A stretch of 64,000 nt of DNA from Felis catus (Eukaryota). This document shows positions 1-10,110 of the stretch, piece after piece. The translations under genes and the position numbers were made by a program. Each line of letters opens with the position of its first letter. Positions within the stretch are counted from its first letter, which is position 1. The notes beneath the pieces were generated by a model. The model saw nothing but the letters and a program-made list of their open reading frames with translations, had not been told where the DNA came from and did no database searches. The DNA lies in contig NC_058368.1 of assembly GCF_018350175.1 (NCBI RefSeq), positions 142,478,001 through 142,542,000 of the forward strand, in the 5' to 3' direction.

Positions 1-24
1 TATTATTGTAATCTATTTGATTGT

Positions 25-185
25 CACAAAAACCCTTAAGGCATTATTGACCACAATTCACAGATGAAGGGACTGAAGCAAAGAAACTTTAAGTAACTTC
101 CCAAAATCACCCAGCTGGTAAATGTTAGAGTTGGTTTCAAATCCCAGTAGTCTAACTCCAAAGCCTGGGCTTTTAACCACTCTAC
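25..185 (-). mobile_element. MIR fragment
   Basis: MIR core-like text 'cagatgaagggactgaagc...taagtaacttcccaaaatcacccagctggtaaatg...tttcaaatcccag'. Confidence 0.7.
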
Positions 186-495
186 ACTTAGTCACAGTTT
201 ACAAATCAAAGTTCAAGACTCTTTCTCCATTCCAATTTGCAGAAGACCCTATGCCTTCCATCTACAATGCGGGGAGTATTAACATTTCAGGAGTGATTCC
301 CATGCAGGCATTTAGGATTCCCCATCGCTATTCTCTTAAAGCCTTAGGGCAGTCTAATCTCCCTCCCAGATCCAAACACCCCCTGTAAATGGAGGAGAAA
401 GGGGGAGAGGACAGAAGGCAACCAGGCCCCAATTGAGAACGATTATAGTAAACAGAAAAGGAAATCAAAAGGACAGCAAGAAAATTTAAACAAGC

Positions 496-951
496 GGGAT
501 GCCTGAGTTACTCAGTCAGCTGAGTGTCATACTTTGGCTCAGGTCATGAGCCCATGGTTTATGGGTTCGAGCCCCACATCAAGCTCTGTGCTGACAGCTC
601 AGAGCCTGGAGCCTGCTTCAGATTCTGCATCTCCCTCTCTTGCTCTACCCCTCCCCTGCTTGTGCTCTCTTACTCTCTCAAAAATAAATAAAATGAACAT
701 GGAAAAAAATTTTTAAAGGGGGCACTTTGGTGGCTCAGTCAGTTAAGCATCTGACTTCTGCTCAGGTCATGATCTTGCAGTTCATGGGTTCGAGCCCCAC
801 ATCAGGATCTGTGCTGACAGCTCAGAGCTGGGAACCTGCTTTGGATTCTGTCTCCCTCTCCTTCTTCCCTCACCCCATCATGCTCTCTCTCTCAAAAAAT
901 GAATAAACATTAAAAAAAATTTTTAATAAAAAATGAAAAAATGAAATAAAA
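496..951 (+). mobile_element. Two head-to-tail Can-SINEs (~496-714 and ~718-951)
   Basis: tRNA-like heads, (CT)n region and AATAAA/A tails; shared outer TSD AAGAAAATTTAAACAAG at 478-494 and 952-968. Confidence 0.92.
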
Positions 952-1369
952 AAGAAAATTTAAACAAGAAACGCTAACAAGATAAAGAAATGAGAAACAA
1001 AGGGAAGACACACACCAAATGTCCTTCCTTTTCCCGCACTGTTCAACTGGTAATTAGACTAAAAACAATCCAAACTTTTGAAAAGTCATCAGGACTCAGC
1101 AGCTAATAGAAAATTGCTTTCTAAAAACAAATCCATATATGGTAGGCATTCTTAATCTGTTCTTTTGTAAACTCTAAGCCCAAGATTTCAAATTAACTTA
1201 TGACCTGCCAGACAATCTTCAATCTACAAATCTGACCTCTTGACGGGGGCATGGTGAAAAGCCCTCAACTGTGTTCAGCCTAATTTAAAAGAACTCAGAC
1301 TGTCCCAGAATAAAGATCGAATTTGGATTCAAAACCTGATTGCTACAATTAGTAAGAATCTATATTCTA

Positions 1370-1819
1370 GGGCTCCTGGGCAGTTCAGTCAGTTGAGAGT
1401 GCGACTCTTGATTTCGGTTCAGGTCATGATCTCATGGTCATGAGACAGAGCCGGGTATCTAGCTCTGCATGTGGAGCCTGCTTGGGATTTTCTCTCCCCC
1501 TCTGCACTTCACCCCTGCTCTCGCTCTCACTCTTTCTCGCTCACTCTCTCTCTCTGAAATAAAAAAATAAACTTACGAGGCACCTGGGTGGCTCAGTCAG
1601 TTAAGTGTCCGACTTCAGCTCAGGTCACGATCTCACGGCTTGTGACTTTAAGCCCTGCATCAGGCTCTGTGCTGGCAGCTTGGAGCCTGGAGCCTGCTTC
1701 CGATTCTGTGTCTCCCTCGCTCTCTGCCCCGCCCCCACTTACACTCTGTCTCTGTCTCTCTCTCTCAAAAATAAATAAAGATTTTAAAAAAAATTTTTTT
1801 AATGAAGTTAAAAAAAGAA
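1370..1819 (+). mobile_element. Two head-to-tail Can-SINEs (~1370-1572 and ~1577-1819)
   Basis: SINEC heads and tails; near-TSD aagaatctatattct (1354-1368) versus aagagcctatattct (1820-1834). Confidence 0.9.
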
Positions 1820-2409
1820 AAGAGCCTATATTCTGACAAGGGAACCACTCATTTGGCTTCAAAAATATAGACTGCTAACAAGGTCAAGGTGATAGATACA
1901 CAAGAAATACAACACCCATACTCCTTCCTCAGGCTGCCCTCCCTTCTCTACCGATGTGGTGTCACTCTGGAGAGACCAGCCAAAGGCAGCTCCCCTAGCT
2001 GATTAGAGAGAGGTTTATGTTTGCCAAGCTAGGGCTAGGATGTGGGATTTGAAGTGCCCTATGGTGCTCGTGCTCCTCAGACCCGCAGCACCTACAAAAG
2101 AGTTGCAGTGTCCCCACCACCTACTCACCCCTCCTCTTCTTGCCCTCCTTCTTCATTCTGCCCTCTACTCCTCTCTTCCCCTTTCTTCAATCCCTGGGCA
2201 GATCCAACCCTCTCTCCCCAGGCTTCCTTTGTAACAATGGATTGCTTCCGAGGACACTTTACACAGAAACCACAGAGCCAGAAAAGGGTTTTGCCAAGAA
2301 TCCCAAAGCAGTCACATCCAGATTTCAGAAAACCATGCCAGGAGATGTTCAGCTCCCCTAATCCCTTGGTCTGTGTGCTGACATGTCCCAGAGAGAAAAG
2401 GAAAGGCTG

Positions 2410-3007
2410 TCTGCTAGGAATTTATCCAAGGGATACAGGAGTACTGATGCATAGGGCCACTTGTACCCCAATGTTCATAGCAGCACTCTCAACAATAGCC
2501 AAATTATGGAAAGAGCCTAAATGTCCATCAACTGATGAATGGATAAAGAAATTGTGGTTTATATACACAATGGAATATTACGTGGCAATGAGAAAAAATG
2601 AAATATGGCCTTTTGTAGCAACGTGGATGGAACTGGAGAGTGTGATGCTAAGTGAAATAAGCCATACAGAGAAAGACAGATACCATATGGTTTCACTCTT
2701 ATGTGGACCCTGAGAAATTAACAGGAACCCATGGGGGAGGGGAAGGAAAAAAAAAAAAAAACAGGTTAGAGTGGGAGAGAGCCAAAGCATAAGAGACTCT
2801 TAAAAACTGAGAACAAACTGGGGGTTGATGGGGGGTGGGAGGGAGGAGAGGGTGGGTGATGGGTATTGAGGAGGGCACCTTTTGGGATGAGCACTGGGTG
2901 TTGTATGGAAACTAATTTGTCAATAAATTTCATATAAAAAATAAAAAAAAAAATTCTAAATGGGTAAAAAAAAAAAAAAATAAATACTACATTTTGAGTA
3001 ACAACAA

Positions 3008-3045
<38 letters not shown>
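2410..3045 (+). mobile_element. Young 5'-truncated LINE-1 (L1_Fc/carnivore type): ORF2 C-terminus, 3' UTR and composite poly(A) tail
   Basis: Uninterrupted ORF2p C-terminal peptide LLGIYPRDTG...CTPMFIAALSTIAKLWKEPKCPSTDEWIKKLWFIYTMEYY...WMELESVMLSEIS with a stop at 2711-2713; G-rich 3' UTR; AATAAA at ~2922; perfect 16-bp TSD AGAAAAGGAAAGGCTG at 2394-2409 and 3046-3061. Confidence 0.95.
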
Positions 3046-3048
<3 letters not shown>

Positions 3049-4079
3049 AAAGGAAAGGCTGCTACAAGGGATGCAGGATGAGGGTGGCAGAAACAGCTCA
3101 CCCTCAGGAAGTCCCGTTTACCCTCACCGTCCTTCACAGCCTTTGCGGAAGATAACCACAGCTCTCCTTGCAGGATCACAGCCAATAATGCCTCATATTA
3201 ATTAGCCTGACCCTCCTCACTGATGGTAGCATTAACAGTGACATCCCTGGAGGTCCACACCCCCACAACCCGGACTTGTTTGCACTCTGGCACCAATCTG
3301 CAAAAAGGCAGCTGCTTCCGCCCGCCTGCCCTAACTCAGGAGAAGCCATCCCTGATGCTGACTTCCTTGAAGCACACCCCGGCTTCTGGGAGAGCTCCTG
3401 ATGCAGGCCTCAAAATCTGAAGCGTCACGAGTCTCCTCTAATGTTGGTCACTGTGTTATTTCCAGGCTTTCTTAGAAGTGTAACTTCACATTTACAAGGA
3501 CACTATTAGTTCTCTCATAGGATGCGTTCAGATGATTGTGTATCTCTCCTCCCTAACCAGCTAAACATAAGGGATATTCTGTTACATACCCAAGGTGTGA
3601 TTTTGACAACCTATACTTTAATGCTGTTCATCTCTAGGAAAAGATACCTTTTAGAGTGCCTCCAACCCCAGGACAGGATTTAGGACTCACTGATCTAATC
3701 TTCTAAGAACTGAAAAGCTCTGCCAAAGAGTATACTTCAGGGAGGGCCCAAAGAGTCATTGGGTCTTGGGACATCAGAGCAATAATCCGGAATAAGGCAC
3801 CAAATGAAGGCAAGGACTCTGACCCTAATATCCAGGTTAAACCAGAGCAACTTCACGTCTAGTTAATAGTTACTATTAAGCAATACTTATTAAAATTAAA
3901 ACATCTGTTAACAATTTAGTAGACTATGCCAGATAGGTATTAAAGTCAGTCAGCAGAATGAGGCAAAAACATGGTCATAATTCCCCTGAAAAAGTTCTTC
4001 AAGAAGACCAATAAACCATATCTCAAGAAGCTCCTAGAACAAGTTTTCAGTAGAGCACTAGATGAAATGGTTGATGTGA

Positions 4080-4292
4080 TTTTTTTTTCTTTTCTTTTTA
4101 TTTATGTTTAGTTATTTTTGAGAGAGAGTGCAAGCAGGGGAGGGGCAGAGAGAGAGGGGGACAGAAGATCCAAATCGGGCTCCACACTGACAGCAACGAG
4201 GCCGATGCAGGGCTCAAACTCACGAACCACAATATCATGACCAGAGCCGAAGTAGGACATTCACTCAACTGACTGAGCCACCCAGGAGCCCC
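4080..4292 (-). mobile_element. Can-SINE
   Basis: T tail, (GA)n and 'tgagccacccaggagcccc' end. Confidence 0.9.
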
Positions 4293-4334
4293 TGATCTGT
4301 TTTTATAGGAGTCTTTTAAAACAACAACTTTTTA

Positions 4335-4563
4335 GGGGTCACCTGGGTGGCTCAGTCAGTTGAGCGTTGGACTTCGGTTCTGGTCATGATCTCATGGTTC
4401 GTGACTTCGAGCCCCGCATCGGGCCCACTGCTGTCAGCGTGGAGCCTGATTTGGATCCTCCGGCCCCCCTCTCTCTCTGCCCCTCCCCTGCTTGTGCTGT
4501 CTCTCAAAAATAAATAAACATTAAATGAGTAAGTGAATGAATAATTAATTAATTAATTAATTA
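4335..4563 (+). mobile_element. Can-SINE with (TAAT)n tail
   Basis: 'ggggtcacctgggtggctcagtcagttgagcg' head, CT-rich body and tail. Confidence 0.9.
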
Positions 4564-4574
4564 ATTTTTGAAAA

Positions 4575-4975
4575 CAGTTTTTTATAGTGTCTCACATTTC
4601 ACGGGTTAGGAATTTGGGCAAAAGGAATAGTTGGATGATGCTTCTGTCCCACGGGGCAAGTCAGAGGTGGCATGCAGTGGCCGGATGGGCCAGTCTACAG
4701 GATCGAGGTGGCTTCGTTCACATTTCAGTGGGAATGGATGGGAGGCTGGGTTCAGCCGAGATGGTCCACCGCCATCACCTGCCACAAAGGCCACAGAGCA
4801 GGCTTCTTAAATGGCAGCTCATGGATTGAAAAGCAGTCTTCCCACAAACAAGGCAGGAACTGCATGGCCTTCCACGACCTAGGGTCGGAAGTCACACGAT
4901 GACAATTTTTGTCATACCCTCCTGGTCAAGTGGTGACAAACCCACCCAGATTCGAGGAGGCACAACTTGTTTTAA
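4575..4975 (-). mobile_element. MaLR solo LTR (MLT1G/H-like)
   Basis: 'tctcacatttcacgggttaggaatttggg...gcaggaactgcatggccttccacgacctagggtcggaagtcacac...cccagattcgagg' resembles MLT1 LTRs. Confidence 0.7.
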
Positions 4976-5502
4976 AAATCCAGAACTTTCCCAGCCATAT
5001 TGTATAACATATATTTCAAAGACTTTGAAGTAAAGGTAACTTGCACCGAGCCTTGAACATATACATTCAGAATTGCTCGTTTCAAGGGCTGAGCCTGACA
5101 AAAAAGAAACAGAGTGACAGCTTTAAAAAAAAAAACTGGTCAAAAACAGCAGGGAAATTGGCCGATTAGAAATTGGCCGTGAGCCCTACTGTTACCAAGA
5201 AATTCTGAACTGACAAGGCAAAGAGTTGTGTAACGGAACCGATCACTCTTCTTTGTACAGCTTTGGCCTTTAGAAATTTCCAGGAGATATTTCACTGGGG
5301 TTGCCTTCCCTTGAGGAGTAAGTAAATCCCTAATGCTTTCCACTCATCGTCTCTTAGTCATCCCTTGCAGTTTACCCTCACTATTTTATTTTCTCTTACT
5401 CACTCATAGTCAATAAGGCAAGATGATGTGTGAGAGGACTTTGAGCCAAGATCACCTGGGTGAACAACCAAATGAAAACACCTCCTAGCACACTCAGTCC
5501 AA

Positions 5503-5690
5503 GGCCGTGGTTCTAGCCAAGATGGTTTGGCCGTCCCTGCCCCCATCCCAGCATAACTGGCAATGTCTAGGGGTGGGAGTTCTGACGTCTAGGCACCAGA
5601 GGCCAGGGACCCTTCCTCAACATCCTACAATGCACAGCCCGGCCCCGCAACAAAGAACTATTCCACACAAAACGTCAAGAGTGCCAACCC
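5503..5690. mobile_element. MER20 (hAT) non-autonomous element
   Basis: 'tggcaatgtctagggg...agaggccagggac...aacatcctacaatgcacagcccggcccc..caaagaactattcc..aaaacgtcaagagtgcc'. Confidence 0.8.
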
Positions 5691-7139
5691 TGCTACCGTC
5701 AGTAGCTGTGCAACCCTGCTCGAAGGCACATACTCTGAGCAGACTGTTAAGCAGATGTGAGAGTCACCATCATCTCTCCCTTCATGTTTCTGAACCACGC
5801 ACATACAATAATCGACTTTCTCACAAGCGCTAGGAGTTATCTCAATTTTAAAAAGAAGTCTCCCAAGCCTGAAAATCCTAATTCTCAGGAAACCATTCTT
5901 CAATTTTTAAAAGTTACTTTTAATTTAGACGATCCCCGAAGACAGACAAGAAAACAAACGTCAAAGGATTCAGTACTCAGTAACTTGCTCGGTTCTTTTG
6001 TTTCTTGAGATAATGAGCTGAAATGTTTGTGCAAGGGCAGAAGCAGACCCAGTCACAAATTAGCAGCCACTCTTTCAGTACCAGCACCTGTGCAGTACGG
6101 GAGGGTCCTGTACGTCTGTCATCTCCCAGCAGTGACGCAGACATGGCCTAAGCTGGCCAAACACACCCTCAACCCTCAGCCACCCGCCCCTCCGACAACG
6201 CAGATACCTGCCTGCATGTCCCGTGGAGTCACCATCCTCCCTGCAGTCATGCTCCCTCGCATGCCTTGCTCTGTTTGTGGCTCTCATACTCTGGTTTATA
6301 CTTACAAATCAAAAGCTGTCAACCTACCAGACGGAAACCACCATTTATAAACTCTTATGTTCACCTTTAGGGAACTCCTGATGGTCATTTTTATTGGGTT
6401 TCGTCCACCACAAATGTGTAAAGCTACTTCCTATTTCAAACGTTAATTGCTATTTTCCTCTCCAAACAAGGTCTCAATGACACCGATACATGGCACATAA
6501 AACCACAAGTCCCTCAGTGAAATAAATTACACTGTTGGGTTAGTGCAAACTGCGGCACCGGACTATTAGCAGGCCAGGCCCGTTAACAGCGTGCGACGTG
6601 TTGCCACTCTCCCAGGACAAACATAAACACTTTCTGAAGAATTTTTGGCTTTGCATCCTTCTTTCCAACTAACATTTTACTCCAGGAGGCCGAATCGTAG
6701 GTGCCCCACAGAGCAGATCGCCACTGAGCAAGGGCCCTCACCCAGTAGGTATTCCTCCCAACAAACACAGACTCTCAAACAAAGCTGCCACAGGGCTCAT
6801 TTAATTTCTAAATGACTATTAATTTTACCTCATGTCAAATACACACTCTAGAACTCCTTTGATCCTAAAGGCAAAGGACGCCCTGGGAAAAGCCTGTTTA
6901 TGAAAGGTATCAGCCACGGACAAAGGGTAAACACAGGCCCTGAACTGTAGGAAACTTGGTCCACAGCAGGCTTTGATATGGAAACAGCAGCACTCCCCAC
7001 CCCCACCCCCCATTACACTCACTACAGGCCTCAAAATAACATCAGCTACAAAAATGCTTTGAGCACCTCAGCTGAGGGGGGCAACAATTCAAGAAGAAAT
7101 TTCAGAAATCACTGGATTACTCAGGTCAACTTGCTCCCA

Positions 7140-7335
7140 TTGTAGTAGGAGTGATGATCACCACTTACTGTGCTCTAGGTATGCCTTACAAAAGTGATCT
7201 CAGTTAATTCTCCTAACAAGTATCCCCATTTTACAGAGAAGGAAGCTAAGCCTTGAAAGAGAAGTGACTTGCCTAGGGTCTTGGAGCCTGGGTACCCAGA
7301 GCAGAGACTGAACCCACGCCTCCTTGATACTAGGC
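7140..7335 (-). mobile_element. MIR
   Basis: 'tatccccattttacagagaaggaagctaagcc...aagtgacttgcctagggtc' MIR core. Confidence 0.75.
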
Positions 7336-8276
7336 GGGGTCTTCCTTACCACAGAACCCATCCAAATACCAGAACCACTCAGTCCAGCCCTAGCCCCAGT
7401 GGCAAAATGGGGCTGGAAAGGGCTGTCTCCCAAGCATTCTCTTTCCCAAGAGCCTGATAATAATGTTTATCATTACTCTAGTATTTATTAATTGGTAAAA
7501 CACTTAATCAGACTGCACAATCACCAAACAAAACCCAATCCTGTATATTTAATCATTACCATTTTTAGGCTACAGAAAATGCATGGTCCTTAGGTTCAGG
7601 GTGAGCTGGGTTGATTGTGAGGTACAACTGGGCTCCAGTAAGGACCACAAAACAAGGACCAAGATATCTTTGGGACCTGGCCAGACTGGAGGAAAAACTT
7701 GGTCCTCTCATGAAGACCCTAGAGTTCAGGCATTACAGAGGCTGATTAAACTGGGGTGGAGATCAGGGATTTAATCCTGGTTCTCAGGAAAGAGCACAGC
7801 AGGGGAAGTGATCAGCTAGAGAAAACACAGAAGGAATAAATGCAAGAGAAGACAGATGGAGCACATTAAAGACTTCTCCAAATTTTACAGCTCTCTGAAT
7901 TGTAAAAACAAGAGCAAGATACTTGCAAAATAACCACAAACTTTGATTCTTACACTCCTATTCTCCATAAAACTATACTTACATGATTTATACCTTTGGT
8001 GGGGGGGGGAGCAATTAATGAGTGTATATATACTATTTCAATACACAATAAAAAAATCATGAATACGAACCAATCTTCTAACTTATTAACATTACATTTT
8101 TATAGTAAGTTGGAATCCTACGAATACACAATTCTATCACATTGGAGCATTTAATTTTATAAATATGAACAGTATTATATAAACTCCCATTAACTTTTCT
8201 TCTGCCACTGTGGTTACAGACCCCCATAGATTGCTTTAAAAAGGAAAAGAAAAAGAAAAAGAAAAGATAAGGAGAG

Positions 8277-8459
8277 AGGCACCTGGGTGGCCAGTAGGGT
8301 AACCATCCAGCTTTGGCTCAGGTCATGATCTCAAGGTCTGAATTGGAGCCCCACATCAGGCTCTGCACTGAGAGCAAGCACAGGGCCCACTTGGGATCCT
8401 TTGTCTCCTCTCTCCCTCCCGTGCTGGTTTTCTCTCTCTCTCAAAATAAATTAAAAACT
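8277..8459 (+). mobile_element. Can-SINE
   Basis: SINEC head and body; its tail has expanded into a tetranucleotide repeat. Confidence 0.85.
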
Positions 8460-8461
8460 GA

Positions 8462-8501
<40 letters not shown>

Positions 8502-8557
8502 AGGAAGGAAGGAAGGAAGGAAGGAAGGAAGGAAGGAAGGAAGGAAGGAAGGAAGGA

Positions 8558-8606
<49 letters not shown>
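8460..8606. repeat. Compound microsatellite (GAAA)n(GGAA)n(GAAA)n
   Basis: Read directly from the sequence. Confidence 0.97.
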
Positions 8607-8608
<2 letters not shown>

Positions 8609-8793
8609 GAGAACTATGCAAATGAAACTATGCCACATGCAGTAAAATAAGTAAAGAAGTAAAAAGTGTGCCTTCATGAAGAAGCAATGCTAAAACACTT
8701 TTCCACTAAAAGGTCTGCTTCCTAAATTACCCTTCACAAATGCTCAAGGCTTACACCCCACCTTTGTTTATACTTGTAATAATTCTGAAGAGA

Positions 8794-8985
8794 GGGGCGC
8801 CTGGGTGGTTCAGTTAAGCACCTGACTCTTGATTTCCTCCACTCAGGTCATGATCTCACACATCTGATAATGCAGAGCCTGCTTGAGATTCTCTCTTTCT
8901 TTCTCTCTCTGCCCCTCCCTCCCTCTCTCCCTCTTTCTCTCCCTCTCAAAAATAAATAAATAAACATTAAAAAAAAAAAAAAAAA
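8794..8985 (+). mobile_element. Can-SINE with internal deletion
   Basis: 'ggggcgcctgggtggttcag' head and poly(A); near-TSD aattctgaagaga/aatcctgaagaga. Confidence 0.9.
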
Positions 8986-10005
8986 GAATCCTGAAGAGAA
9001 TAATCAGGTTTTCCCCACATGTAAATGATTTCAAGAAACTAGATATTCCCCAAAAGCTGTTTTTGTCAACACATATGCAGTCTTAAAAATTGAATTTGTT
9101 TCTAATTTGCATGGTTTTGCACACAGAATATTTTCAGTTCAAGTAAAACATTCACTGTTCACTTCCAAAGCATCATGCTAGCTCTGCACAATAGGACCAG
9201 CTCACAAATAACTACATCAGTGCCAAAGAATAGCCCCCATGGGAAGTTCAAACACCAGACTATGAGGGCACTACCAGAGAATCACTTCTCAGGGCCTGGG
9301 TTTTATACACACACACACAAAAGTAATGATTAATGCCACTGGACAAGATTAAGCTTGCTCTTTTTATCGAAGCTCTAATAGTCCAGCCAATGGTAATCAT
9401 TCTTCTTCCCGCTACAGAGACCTGGTCAGACCCACCTCTGGCCTGCAGAATGCCTGCCCACTTTGGATCAATAAGCCCTGTGATCCTTAATACGGAACAG
9501 AAGCCACTAACCCAGCTGATTCTTTCTGTAGTCATCAATCAGGGTCAGACTACAGCTTGTCTTATGACCCACCGGGAGATGGGATGTCTGCTGCATAGTT
9601 CCTGGAAAGAAGCAAGGAGACATCGTATGAAGTCAATGAAGCAGCAGAAGTCAGGTGAACTAGAGAAAGGACCAATAGGGAGGAAGAACTTCCAGAAGAA
9701 ACAGGGTTCTCTCCCAGAGGTGGCACAGAAAATTCCACATGAAAGTGGTCAGTTGCCAGGGGTTCCAGAGGAAGCACACTCAACTCTGGACATTAAGGTC
9801 GTGTGGTAGAGCCCAAAGGTCAATTTAAAGAGATACATACATGTCCATCCAGGCTGGGAAGATAGGGGGATGGGTAGATAGACCAGGTTCATTGGGTAGA
9901 TGAAACTCACCAAGTAGCAAACAATAACATGTCCTTACTCAATATTTGTGAATTTAAACAAAAATCTTGACCTTATAATCTCTTTGGCAACTTTTAGAAA
10001 ACAAA

Positions 10006-10110
10006 TTTTTTTTTTTTTTTAATTAAGTAAACTCTACTCCCAACGTAGGGCTCGAATTCACAATCCTGAGATCAAGCGTGCTCTACTGACTGAGCCAGCC
10101 AGGTGCCCCC
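10006..10110 (-). mobile_element. Short older Can-SINE
   Basis: T tail and 'gggctcgaattcacaatcctgagatcaag...gagccagccaggtgcccc'; near-TSD tctttggcaactttta/tctttggccactctta. Confidence 0.85.

Noticed and set aside
1588..1836. Recurrent 'MAQSVK..TSAQV.IS...SLEPASDSVSPSLSAPP' ORFs (also at 534, 20356, 25028, 61277, 63121)
   Set aside because: Translations of Can-SINE consensus sequence, not a gene family.
2042..2713. 223-aa ORF fusing unique sequence to the L1 ORF2 C-terminus
   Set aside because: It starts at GTG, the N-terminal half is low-complexity flank, and the junction coincides with the L1 TSD. This is a chance in-frame fusion antisense to the putative host gene, with no promoter or splice support.
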